Positions 36,961 through 49,774 of a DNA stretch of 64,000 nt are shown in pieces. Every line of letters begins with the position of its first letter. Within the stretch, counting starts at the first letter, position 1. Below the pieces are notes generated by a model. It was not told where the DNA came from. It saw only the letters and a list, made by a program, of their open reading frames with translations, and did not search any database. The DNA lies in the NCBI GenBank assembly GCA_965153355.1, contig OZ231126.1:23622001-23686000 (forward strand). The letters run 5' to 3'. The stretch is from Flaccisagitta enflata (lineage: Eukaryota). A program made the position numbers and the translations under genes.

Positions 36961-37259
36961 GCAAGGCGTACGCCGTGGTGGTCGCAAATCAACTTGTGCG
37001 TGTTTGTTGAAAAAGGAAGAGAGAAAGGAGGGGGAACTGGGAAGACAAGCGCCCCTCTCTCTCTATCTTTCGATACCGGGCGCCTCTTGTTTATTACACT
37101 TTTCCCTTTTTAGTGGCGTTTTACGGAATGACGCCATACTTAGCCACACCTGTACCTACACTAAAAGACAAAAGACAAAAGAAACGAAAACCAGAAACAA
37201 ACAAGAAAAAAAAAACCCATCGTCAGGTGAACGCGATCATAACACCCATTGCGCGCGCT

Positions 37260-37358
<99 letters not shown>

Positions 37359-37526
37359 CTTTGCTTTCGTCAGCGCCGTTTTTTTTTTCATTTCCGGTTT
37401 TCTTTCCATCGCGTCAAAGCTTTGGGCGCGCCAAGATCAGGTTTTGTCCTTTTGAATTTTTTGCTCACATTTCTCCATATTTCTTCTCCGCATTTTCTTC
37501 GGGCATTAAGTAGTACTACTTTCTTA

Positions 37527-37702
<176 letters not shown>

Positions 37703-38334
37703 CACAAAGACATAGACAAACTCAAACTCAAACATTCACACACTTAAATCCACACTCACTCACTCACTCACTCATTCACTCACTCACCCACTCACATGTT
37801 ACATATTTCATGCGAAGACGCACAAAATTGGTAAGAACATCTACTCAGTTTTTTTTCTCTTTATTTACTCTTTTTCTTCTTTTGCCGTTTAGTCAAATGA
37901 ATGAAAAGCGCGTCTTCCAATGTAATCAACAAGAGGGAGCAATCAGCGTAAAAATAAAGAGGTGACGACACAAACAAAAGGACAAACGAAATGAACGTCA
38001 TAAACGATGATCAAATAAAACGCTGACTAGCCGCAATGGAAAAGAAAAACACGCAATAAATACGCATGTCTCCGACGCAATAAACGACGCAACGTTATTC
38101 GACAATTCATGTGCGTGAATGTGTGTGTGTTTGTGTATACAGGGCTATCTTTTCCATAGCTCTTTCACCTTCGCACATCCTCCCTCTACATCTCCAAAGT
38201 CCGAAAAATTCTGTGAGTTTTCACCCACGCCAACGCTCGCGCGCCCTCGCGGGTCTTCGCTTGAAATAACAAACCTCAGATAAAAAAAAGTATATATTTC
38301 ATTCTAACCTCGCCCACACACAACCACCCCACCG

Positions 38335-38625
38335 ATGTTAACCATGGCGACGATGAGCACGTATAACGTGGACACGTTATTGTCGTCGCGTGGTGGCGGC
38401 GGCGGCGTCGGTGGCGTCCCAGGAGGCGGCGGCGGAGGCGGTGGAGGCGGCGTCGATAGCGCCATCATGGACAAATTTAACGTCAACGGCACCGTCAACG
38501 GAAGCGTTAACGGCGTCAACGAATATTCCGGCGCCTTGAATCATCACAATTCCAACGCCTACGGCGCTCATTGCAATTACCCTCCTCATTCGCAGCCGCT
38601 GCATCCCAGCGTTGGCGCCTCTCAA

Positions 38626-38657
<32 letters not shown>

Positions 38658-39517
38658 ACAACAACAACATCCTCATCAGCCTCAATCGACGCCTCCCCAT
38701 CAGCCTCACACCCCTTCGGGCTTACCCTCGGACATTACCAATGGGGGTGGTGCAAGTGGGAATGGTTCTCATAAGTATCACACAACGAACGGTTGGGGTA
38801 ATCATCATCATCAATCGATGGGCACCCCCAATAACTCGGCCCCTTCCTCGTACTCTTGTCACGGCGCGGCTCTTTCAGCGTCCGCCGCCGCCGTGACTTC
38901 CAGCCCCCGATGCCCCAGCGTCGGCTCGATGGGGGCAGCTCACGGAGGAGCCGGAGGAGGAGGAGGAAGTGGCAGTGACTATTCCGCGTATCAGCCTCCA
39001 GGCGCCACCGGCGCCCCAGGAACGCCAAATGAAAACGATTACGTGAAAATGACGGTTTGCGCGGACACTTACGGCGGACACATTCCGGGACACATCGGAC
39101 AAGCGTCGCATCCGTACGGACATTCTCAACATCCATCGCAACAGCATCAGGCCGCCCAACAACAGCAACACTCGGCCGCCCAACAACATCAGTCTCAACA
39201 ACAGCAACAACAACAGCAACAGCAAGGACATCCGAATCGGTGGTCGCCCCACCCGAATCAAACGCCCCCTCACGGTGGCGGCCACAGTCCAGTGTTGGGC
39301 AGTTCGTACTCGTCTCCTCAAAACCAGGGTCTCGGTATGCCGCATGACGGATTCTCCTCTCAGGGGCATCCGGGCGCCATATCTTCCCAACATCAGGATC
39401 TTCCCAACAACCACAGTCCCATCCACAGCATCTCATCGTCTCAATGTTATAACAACGGCGGTCATCAACAGTCCGGAGGACCGCCAACACCCTTCTATCC
39501 TTGGATGAGCTTAGCAG
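38335..39517 (+). CDS. Hox: Central-class Hox gene exon 1 (Ubx/abd-A/Lox2/Lox4, Hox8-like); homeobox exon not found in this window
   Basis: N-terminal MSTYNVDTLLS resembles Hox MSSY/YVDSL starts; G/Q/H/P-rich body; hexapeptide FYPWM followed by SLAG and an immediate phase-1 donor CAG|GTAAAT (39518). Ubx has FYPWMAIAG at the equivalent junction. The paralogy group cannot be fixed without the homeodomain. Confidence 0.88.
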
Positions 39518-39599
39518 GTAAATCATTGTTAAAAACGTCTGGCTAGCTTACTGCTTGTGTTTTCTTACGCGTCTGCATGTGTGTGCGTGCGAGTGCATG

Positions 39600-39804
<205 letters not shown>

Positions 39805-41065
39805 GTCTGTGTCTGTGTACGTGTGTCTGTGGTTGTGTACGTGTGTCAGTTTGTGTTTGTGCCTTGTCGGTGCTTATATATGGAGGGTTTTTTGTCAGTT
39901 TTTGATCTTCAATGGATACCAGATCATAGAATCAACATTTGCATGTGTGTCTTCGTGTGGGGACTAGATATAAAAGATCAGTAGGCGGGATTGTGGACTT
40001 ATATTCATGCATGAAGGCGAAGAAGTTCCTCAGGGAGGAGAAAAAGAGTTTCCTGAGGGAGGAGAGCTCGATTTGATTGACTTTTATGATAGCAAAGGAA
40101 TCTCGACCAAAGGCTTTCTAATGATATGAGGAAGAATCTTTTAGAAGATGAAAAAAAAACAGAGCCAATTATCTTTAATGACTGAAAGAATACCCGATCA
40201 TTAAGTAAGCACATATCTATGTATCAAATTTCATTGGCGCCCCTCCCCCTTCCCGATACAAACAGTTCATTTTCATGTTTAACGCCCTAAACGAAACTAA
40301 AAGAATTTAGACCTAACTTCACGTATCATAAATTGATACTCGAAATTATTATTCATTTACCATAGAAAAAAAACTTGCTTTTCTTGGAAGAAAAACAAAA
40401 GACACCAACGAAATAGGAATACGATCATCATGTTTGAATACTCGGTTTAAGAATGAGCCTATAAACAAACTGGAAAAAAAAGTTAACGGGGAAATAAGAT
40501 GGACATGATGTACATGAGATGTACATGTAAGATGTACATAATAGAAAATAGATATTTTACTCCAAAAAAGAAGAATGAATTTATTGGATCAAAATCTGAG
40601 TGAGCCTGACTCATGTGTGGGTAGACGCGGTGGGTGGGCGAAGCCTGAAAACGCGTGGGTTGGGAATGATGAGTGGGAAGCCATTGATCTTATGTCTATG
40701 AGAACATAAAACATGCAGCTTTGTTTTGTCTTTTTCTATATCACTCCGTCTTTGTCTCTCTCTCTATCCATCTATCTAACTGGTCTTCACCTTCTTCTTC
40801 ATCTTCTCTCACTTGTTTTGCTTTTTTGAGGCCCCCAGGGATTTTTTTCTCCATGAATATTTTGGTATGTTATTTTTTTTTCTTCTCTGAAGCTCATCTG
40901 CTATTTCTTCTCTTTCACTGACTCTCTTTGTTTTCGTTTCTTCGTCTTGTTCTTTTTTTTTCTTTCTTTCGTTTTTTCTTCCTGTTTGAAACCTCTTTGC
41001 ATAATTCATCGCTAAAAAGATGGACTACGGTTGTTTTAGGTGTGAGAATGTCATGATAGAAACGC

Positions 41066-41150
<85 letters not shown>

Positions 41151-41345
41151 CAGACAGACAGACAGAGACAGACAGAGACAGAGACAGAGACAGACAGAGA
41201 GAGACAGAGACAGAGAGAGGAAAGAAAAATAGAAACAAGTGAGCAAGACGGAAAGAAATATCTGTTAAGCCAAAATAAAATACGATCTCCCTGAGCTTCG
41301 AGCGAAATCGTAATGACTCCTGGGCTTATGGAGAGCATTTCGGCC

Positions 41346-41456
<111 letters not shown>

Positions 41457-41759
41457 CATCCGTTCAAATTGACTCTCTCTCTTTCGACCACCAGGGCGAT
41501 GATAAACTTCCCATCATCTTTCTCCCTTGAAATCGTTCTTCACATGTTTTAGTTTTTAAGAGAGAGAGATAAAAAGAAAAAAAAAAGAAGGGATATGTTT
41601 TATACTTTTAGTTAAAAAGCCGCTTTGAACGAGAGAATCTGGATTATATTTATGGGGGACACGGATGGATTTGATGTAAGCGATTTTACTCCTTTCATTC
41701 AAAACATTAATCAGCCCCACCAAAAATATCGATGTATAACTATTTGTACATACGTATTT

Positions 41760-41965
<206 letters not shown>

Positions 41966-43265
41966 ATTCCCATTCTCCCTCCTTTTCTATCGGCAAATGT
42001 GAAAGAGAATGAGAGCGTTTGTCTTTGAAACGGAAAACGTTAATCATAACAAGGCTAAAAAAATAAGAGTAGATGAAATTGTGAAAGTTTTGTGAGCAAA
42101 GGAAACCGACCGATCCAAGAACCATAAATTTCACCAGTCAGTCAATTTGCCCCCGAATAATTGTGCAGGAAAAAAAATGAAAAAAAAAAATCCACAAAAA
42201 TACACACATTCTAAGACAACTCAATCATTTTTTTCTTTCTTGCCGAATTCGTCTCATATATATATATCTATTTATTTGAGGTTAACGAAAAGGTCAAATA
42301 GCGTCTTGTCTTGTTTATAATTCAATTAATTTGCATGATTTCTTGTATATATATTTTGTTCTTGAGCTCATTCTTTTCCTGTCTTTTTCTTAGTTTTGTT
42401 CTTGTGTTTGTTCTTGTTCCTGACTTCTTGTCATAATTCAATTACTTTGCGCTTGATCTCGTAAATGTTTGTGGTCCTGCGTTCTTGTCAATTCAATTTT
42501 TTTTTCTGGCATTTTTTAACCTTTGCACACTTTTTTGTTGGTTTTGTTGTCTTAAAAGGCGGCCCTAAAAAAAGTCGATAAAAGTCGTAAAATTGCTCGT
42601 CAAGATTCCGTCTCAATCCAAATCAATGTTAATTGTTTTATGTGTGCAGTGTTATTCAGTGATCAATTGCCAAATAACACATTAAGCATGAAACTACTAA
42701 GATAGCTGTTTTTTTTCTTTAGATATTGTAAATCGACGGTATGGTTACACAACATTCTCTCCTCGTTGATACCATGTAGGAAATAAAGAAAATGTGCTAG
42801 TTTTCGTCCTGCCTCAATTGAATTAGGTACATACTTTGACCAAAACAACATACTAAACTCTATAAGAAATTAACAAATGCAATTGAATTAGTTTTATGTT
42901 GCCTGTTCGCGTTGGGGTGCCATGTGGCATCGTTCCCACAACCGATTAGTAACCGACCAACTAAAGTGATCAATATTTATGAATTAAAGGTCAGTTGGCC
43001 GTCTTCATTAGTTTCGAACATCCTTGTAAACGTAAACTGAATCTTGATCGGTTTTTTCAGAAATCAGAATACTTCGAAACTAATTTTTTCAAGCTGTAAC
43101 TGATCGCTGTACTTAAAAGTGGAAAAACCGGTTTGGTCGTCTTCAAACTGTTCTTTTTTTACCATTTTTTACATGATTATCTCAAAGGTTGAGAGATGTC
43201 GTGGCCTGTGCGTGTGAGTGAGTGAGTGAGTGAGTGAGTGAGTGAGTGAGTGAGTGTGTGTTTTT

Positions 43266-43399
<134 letters not shown>

Positions 43400-43565
43400 A
43401 TCGATAAAGAGGAAGAGAGAAAGGGTGAGTCCTGGAAGGCATGAATCACCGACTGTTGACCTTTTGATGCCATAAACGATAAAACCGATAACCAATTTCC
43501 ATTTCTTTTTTTTTCTTTTGCCTCCATTGACTTCTAACTCGTGCCTTTGCCTTTTTATATGCTTT

Positions 43566-43918
43566 TTACATGACAAAGGCTTTCTTGACTCGATCTTTCA
43601 TCCTGTCTTTCACTGTCAGCTAAAACGACTCCCAACCCTTCGGTCCGAGTGTCCATTGATCTGGGATACCTAACCTTTCACTGCGTCTGCGTTAATTCCT
43701 TCACTGATATGGCCGCATTTGTTGGCGCCCCTGTCCCAAGGCGGCCTTGTTACATGACAAAGGCTTTCTTGACTCGATCTGTCATCCTGTCTAACATCGT
43801 CAGCTAAAACGACTCCCAACCCTTCGGTCCGAGTGTCTATTGGTCTGGGAGACCTAACCTTTCACTGCGTTTGCGTCAATCCCTTCACTGATATGGCCGT
43901 ATTTGTTGGCGCCCCTGC
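43566..43918 (+). repeat. 184-bp tandem dimer ending in a GGCCGC..GCGGCC hairpin + TTGTT
   Basis: TTACATGACAAAGGCTTTCTTGACTCGATCT starts at 43566 and 43750, and the two copies align throughout. Confidence 0.9.
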
Positions 43919-44091
43919 CCAATGCCCAGTGCCCAGTGCCCAGGCATACACAACATAGAACAAGCATTTATTCTGGTTTTTTGAGCGCTCTGTCGCCTAT
44001 CCTATCCATGCCCTCTCTTTTTAGTCGCGGACTCGCGTCTCTAAAAGGGGTTTTGCCCGTCCGTCCGTCTGTCCCTTTATCTGTCGGTTGG

Positions 44092-44598
44092 GTGCTTCAC
44101 ATAGCAAAAGTTGGGAGTATCCCTTCACCCTACTTAGGTAATGTGGAGGAGCATAAATCATGAAGATGACCATTTTCCTTTTTTCAAAATTCCTTCATCT
44201 TCCGTTTTTGTTTTGGCCTTAAAGTTTCCACTGATTTCCCAGAATTCAGCAGAATCCTGTGTAGTTTTGTTACAAAAAGGACAATTATTTGTTTTAAAAA
44301 ATCATGATATACGTAAAAATAAACTAAAATATCAGAACATAAGTTATGAAAGAGCAAATGAAAAGGCAGAATTGCAATTCTATGAAGAGTAGAAAATTAT
44401 GAAAGCTGATTCAAATAATGTCAGCATATTGTTTTATCCCACTGCATTATGCAAATTAGGTCCTCAAAAGCAATTTTCTAAAAAACGGAAGATGAACGAT
44501 TTTTGATAAAACAAAAATGATAAGGGTCCTAAAATTGGTCACTCCACATTAGGTAAAGAGGGCAAAAAGAAATAGCCAACTTTTGCTATGCGAAGCAC
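44092..44598. mobile_element. Foldback MITE inserted in a Helentron-like copy (44019-44745)
   Basis: TIR GTGCTTC(A/G)CATAGCAAAAGTTGG at both ends; the host GTCC/GTCT microsatellite resumes after 44600. Confidence 0.7.
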
Positions 44599-45256
44599 GC
44601 AAATCTGTCGGTCTGTTGATCCGTCCGTCACACCTAAGTCAATATTGTGTGTGTATTTGTGTGTGGAGGGATGTATGCTGTATAGAGGTAGCGTACACCA
44701 CTGCCCACCCGTCCACGACGATGTCGTGACCCTGCGTCACTTGTTTGTCTACTTCCCCTCTCCAATTTTGCTCTCTTAAGCCGTCCCCCACCTGTTCCTC
44801 CCCTCAATTCTAACCCTCATCTACCTCTTAACTTCGTTTCCTTTCCTTTCCTTTCTCCAATTTGGCCATTTTTTTAGGTTTTTCTTATCGCGCCATTTTG
44901 TCGATTTTTCCGATATGTTCGAGTCTTTTGTCCTTTTGTTCGATATCTTTCCATTTGTCGCCTTTTCTGCGCCTTCTTTCAGCCGATGACCCAGATGGCG
45001 CAGGAGGTCGCGAGAACAGGAGAGCAAAGCAAAGAAAATTTTTCCTCATTTGGATGAGGGAAGGAGGGACATGTGGGAGGGGGGGGCGGAGATGGGGTGG
45101 TTATGCACGATTTTGACTTCACAAGATGGCGCACACTTTCGAAGTGAGAGGGAAGCAGAGATTCTGAGAGGATCCAAGCGTAAAGGAGAGAGCGAATGTG
45201 TTCTTCGTCCAGTTAGGGAAGAAAACTTCTTAGGGTCATCTATTGATAGTTAGGTA

Positions 45257-45801
45257 CAGTACGGTGGGAGCAATGACGACCTAGACTGAAGGATAGATTT
45301 TAGGTATTTTAATTTCATTTGTTTCAAAACATATTTGAGATGTAAAAATTGCCTTATTGAGTGAATGTAATTGTGTTTCTTAAACTTAAACTTGTGACCT
45401 CATCAAAATTTCATTTTTCAAGGTTTTAACTTATTTCATTAGATTGGGCAAAAGATTTTATATACTTAAAAAAAAATCAGTTCAATTGGACCATTTTTAT
45501 GAAAATCAAATTCTGGGCAAAACTTAAAAGAGCCATGTAACCTGTAAAAATAGACCAATTGAGCTGATTTTTTTTCAAAACTATATAAGAAATTTTACCC
45601 GATCTATTGAGATAGGTTGGAATTTTGAAAAATGAAGTCTTGACGAGGTCAAGTCACAAGTTGAAGTTTGAGATATAAATACTTTCACTTAATAAAGCAA
45701 CTTCTAAAAAATCTAGATCTTAAATATTTTATGATACAAATAAAATAAAGATACCTAAAATCTATCCTCTAGTCTAAGTTGTCATTGCTCCCATCGTACT
45801 G
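45257..45801. mobile_element. Foldback MITE (CAGTA termini, Tc1/mariner-like)
   Basis: TA|CAGTACGGTGGGAGCAATGAC ... GTCATTGCTCCCATCGTACTG; arms complementary to a centre near 45530. Confidence 0.85.
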
Positions 45802-45989
45802 AAGCAATGCCGGATTACAAGACCTAAATAATTTGATTACGTCGTCACATTTTTGTCGTGATCCTAACTAACTCCACGTCACTCTTTCATTGATTTGTGG
45901 TTGTAAGAGGTGCCTGCTTAGTAGGGCAGCCGAATAGGACAGGAGAGGGAGAACACTAGGAAGATATCAAAAAAAAATAATAATCGATA

Positions 45990-46000
45990 GAAAGAAAAAA

Positions 46001-46056
<56 letters not shown>

Positions 46057-46059
46057 AAA

Positions 46060-46119
<60 letters not shown>

Positions 46120-46135
46120 GAGAAAGAGAGAAAGA
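45990..46135. repeat. (AAAG)n microsatellite
   Basis: Directly visible. Confidence 0.95.
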
Positions 46136-46439
46136 GAGCAAGAAAGTGGAAAAGAGGGCAAAGTCGATCGATTCTCAGTTTTTCTTGTTTATCGTTTCCT
46201 TCTCACTCCTTACGGGAACCAGATAAAAAGTTGTCTCCCACGTCCCTCTCTTCTCACTCTATCTGTTCGTTTGTCTGTCTCTCTATTTCTTTGACTCTCT
46301 ACCTGTCTATCAGTTGGTCGGTTGATCTGTTGGTCTGTTACTTGGCCGCTGTCAGTCAGATTAATTCCTGTGATGCAAATCATGTCCATGTGCACAATTT
46401 TGTACAAAAAGTGTTATCGCTTTATTAGACATTACAAAT

Positions 46440-46517
<78 letters not shown>

Positions 46518-46794
46518 CTTCCTCTTTACACAGCCTCTGATGGTCAATAGCTTTAGGTCCCTCTGACCACGGTATAATGGCCGATCACTCGCATAGCCAT
46601 GTCTTAGGCACATTCACCGATCAATTCACTACCGATGCAGGAATAGTGTGATACCGTTTATCCTCTTCTTACCCTCAAAAATACAAAAATACAAAAATAC
46701 AATCCTCAGTTTTCATTGCAACGCTAATAACAATATTTCACAGGCTAAAACTCAACTCAAATGTGATTATTAACATTCGATCTCAGTAAGAAAT

Positions 46795-48366
46795 ATGGAT
46801 CCGGACCAGAAAATGCAAAACATTAACATTATGACTTCGCTCCTCTCTGATTTTAGTCATAAGAAAGACCTTAGAACTACCGCTTCAAAGAAAAAGAAAT
46901 GCCACACCAATGGAAAGATATTGAAATCTGAATTATGTTCATTGCACTTCACCAAAAAAAGAGACCTTACTCTACACAAGATGGCACATGCGGGGGAAAA
47001 GCCACTAACATGTCAGCACTGCCCTGCTTCATTTTCTGGCCTTAAGGAATTGAAAGTACACAAACGGACCCACGCCAAGGAGACATCGTTGAGATGTGAT
47101 CTTTGCCTCTCTACTTTTGTTGCTAGGGCTAAGTTGGCAGAACACATGAAAACCCACACTGGCGAGAAACCGTTCAAATGCGATTTTTGCCCAGCTGCAT
47201 TTTCTGCGAATAGAGGTTTGGTGGGACACAGAAGGATACACACCAATGAGAATCCATACACCTGTAAGCTTTGCCATGCTTCTTTTCCTCGAAGCGGTGA
47301 CTTGAGGGTTCACACTAGGGCACACACTGAAGGTAAAAAGAAAAAATTCACATGTTATCATTGTCCTGCTTCATTTTCTCAAAAAGTTAATTTGACAGGA
47401 CACATGAGAACCCACACTGGCGAAAAACCATTTACTTGTGACAGTTGCCCTTCTGCTTTTACTGAAAAAGGCAATCTGGCCCGACACAAGAAAATTCACG
47501 CTCACGAGAAACTATTCAAATGCGATCTTTGTCCTACTGCTTTTTCTCATAAAAGTGCTTTGATAGCACATAAGCGAACCCACACTGGAGAAAAACCATA
47601 TATTTGCGATGCTTGCCCTGCCTCTTTTTCTCAATCAAGTAATTTGACGCGACACAAAAGAACTCACACCGGCCACAAGAATTACAAATGTGAACTTTGC
47701 CCCGCTGCCTTTATTGAAGCTCAAAACCTGAAACAACATCAAAAGTTGCACACCGGTGAGAAACCATTTGGGTGTGATCTTTGTCCAGTTGCTTTCTCTC
47801 GTAAAGGTGACTTAACGAGACACAAGCGGACCCACACCGGTGAAAAACCATACTCATGTGATGTTTGCCCTTCTGCTTTTGCCCTCAAAAGAAATTTGAC
47901 GAGGCACAAGAGAATTCACACTGGCGAGAAAATTTTCAGATGTGAAATCTGCCCTGCTACATTTACCCATAATGTGTTGAAGAGTCACATGAGGGTCCAC
48001 TCTGGCGAAAAGCCTTTTAAATGTGACATTTGCTCTTCTGCGTTTTCTACAAGTAGCGATTTGACAATTCATAAAAGAATCCACACCGGCGAAAAACCTT
48101 TTAAATGTGACATTTGCTCTTCTGCTACTTCTACAAGAGGTGAATTGACATCTCACAAGAGAATCCACACCGGAGAGAAACCGTTCAGTTGTCATCTATG
48201 CCCGGCTATATTTACTGCAAGGAATAGTTTAGCGGAACACAAGAAAACCCACGCTGGTTGGCCGCGAGCACGCAGAGAAAAAATACATAATGCCGGAAAA
48301 CGTTCTGAATCTGATCCTCATGCGAAAATTGAATATGAACCAGCGCAAGTAAAAGTCGAACTATAG
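46795..48366 (+). CDS. Tandem C2H2 zinc-finger protein (15 intact fingers plus degenerate N-terminal fingers)
   Basis: Repeated CxxC-x12-HxxxH units with TGEKP-type linkers (one finger is a residue short); C-terminal VKVE SUMO-like motif; AATAAA at ~48545; acceptor tttcacAG at 46743. Confidence 0.92.
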   Translation: MDPDQKMQNINIMTSLLSDFSHKKDLRTTASKKKKCHTNGKILKSELCSLHFTKKRDLTLHKMAHAGEKPLTCQHCPASFSGLKELKVHKRTHAKETSLRCDLCLSTFVARAKLAEHMKTHTGEKPFKCDFCPAAFSANRGLVGHRRIHTNENPYTCKLCHASFPRSGDLRVHTRAHTEGKKKKFTCYHCPASFSQKVNLTGHMRTHTGEKPFTCDSCPSAFTEKGNLARHKKIHAHEKLFKCDLCPTAFSHKSALIAHKRTHTGEKPYICDACPASFSQSSNLTRHKRTHTGHKNYKCELCPAAFIEAQNLKQHQKLHTGEKPFGCDLCPVAFSRKGDLTRHKRTHTGEKPYSCDVCPSAFALKRNLTRHKRIHTGEKIFRCEICPATFTHNVLKSHMRVHSGEKPFKCDICSSAFSTSSDLTIHKRIHTGEKPFKCDICSSATSTRGELTSHKRIHTGEKPFSCHLCPAIFTARNSLAEHKKTHAGWPRARREKIHNAGKRSESDPHAKIEYEPAQVKVEL

Positions 48367-48994
48367 AAAATCATTGATAAACTCGTGTTTTTTTTCCTAA
48401 AAAGTACGCAAGAACAAAAATTCACATCTATACCACACAACTCCTGACCGGCGCCTTCTTCTTTATTAGCGACTCCTTCACATCTTTACTTTTGAGAGAA
48501 ACATCATGAGAAATGAACAGGCTTTTTACGTTAGAGAGCTAAAGAATAAATCCGTTTGCATCTGGTGATAGTTTACTTCTTATCGGTAGTTCTGTATCCT
48601 CTTTTTCTCCCGAAGTTGCTTGTGAATTATGTTAATTTGCCTGAAGTAATGGATATCAGATTTTTTTTATGGGGGTTTGTCCAAGTTACACTTTCAATGG
48701 TAACTTTTCATTTAACATCATGATCATTCATACATTTTATCATAAAAATCATACCTACGTTTTTCTCGCATGAAATGATTGTAGAATATGCAAGACATCG
48801 TTGCTTCAAACCATCTCATTTTTGTCTGTGCTGAATTACAAAAGATCACCTCGTGAATTTTCATTTGAATATGTTTTTCCGCCATTTTTGTATCGCGTCC
48901 TCATTTGGAATATCGTCTTTAGCATCATTTTCCCGCCTTTCCCCCCTCCCACGGCACTTAAAACGGTCCATCATGACCGGAAGACAGAGAGAGA

Positions 48995-49077
<83 letters not shown>

Positions 49078-49460
49078 GAAAAAAGAAAAAAAGAAAGAGA
49101 ACAGCTGATTTTGAGTGTGTGTTTTTTTTTCCGCGGTTACGTCGCTGTAAGTAGTGAGGAAATGGTACAATAACCGCCAATAAAAGCCCAGTTGAACATC
49201 AAGACCGATCGTAAAGGCCGTTATTTATGCCCGGTGCGCGGAGAAAGCGGGCGGGGAAGGGGAGGAGGAGGACAAGGGGGGAGGAGGAAGAGGAGGAGCA
49301 GGCGGAAGAGTCACGCCGTGACCGTTCAATGAGGCGAGGATGAGCAAGTTTGAAAGGGAAAGTGCCTCTCCTTCTTTTCTCCCCCTTCAACACTGCTGGC
49401 AAGATGATGTTGATGGTGTATCTGAGGAGAATAAGCCGGAAGGGAGATAGTAAAAAGAAA

Positions 49461-49680
<220 letters not shown>

Positions 49681-49774
49681 AAGAAAGAGAGAGAAGGACA
49701 GACAGACAGACAGAGGCTAAAAGATAGTCAGACCAACAGCCAGAAATGTGAATATTAAAAGAGAGCGAGGAGGT

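Noticed and set aside
36519-36992. Asp-rich 157-aa ORF and Val-rich opposite ORF
   Set aside because: A degenerate (GTC/ATC)n trinucleotide tract open in several frames.
39518-39546. GKSLLKTSG* as the true C-terminus of the 403-aa ORF
   Set aside because: Read-through into the intron after a canonical donor that directly follows the hexapeptide.
44120-44145. AG|GTAA recursive-splice or microexon candidates (also ~56612)
   Set aside because: Both lie inside mobile elements and are weak; they cannot be supported without nascent RNA data.
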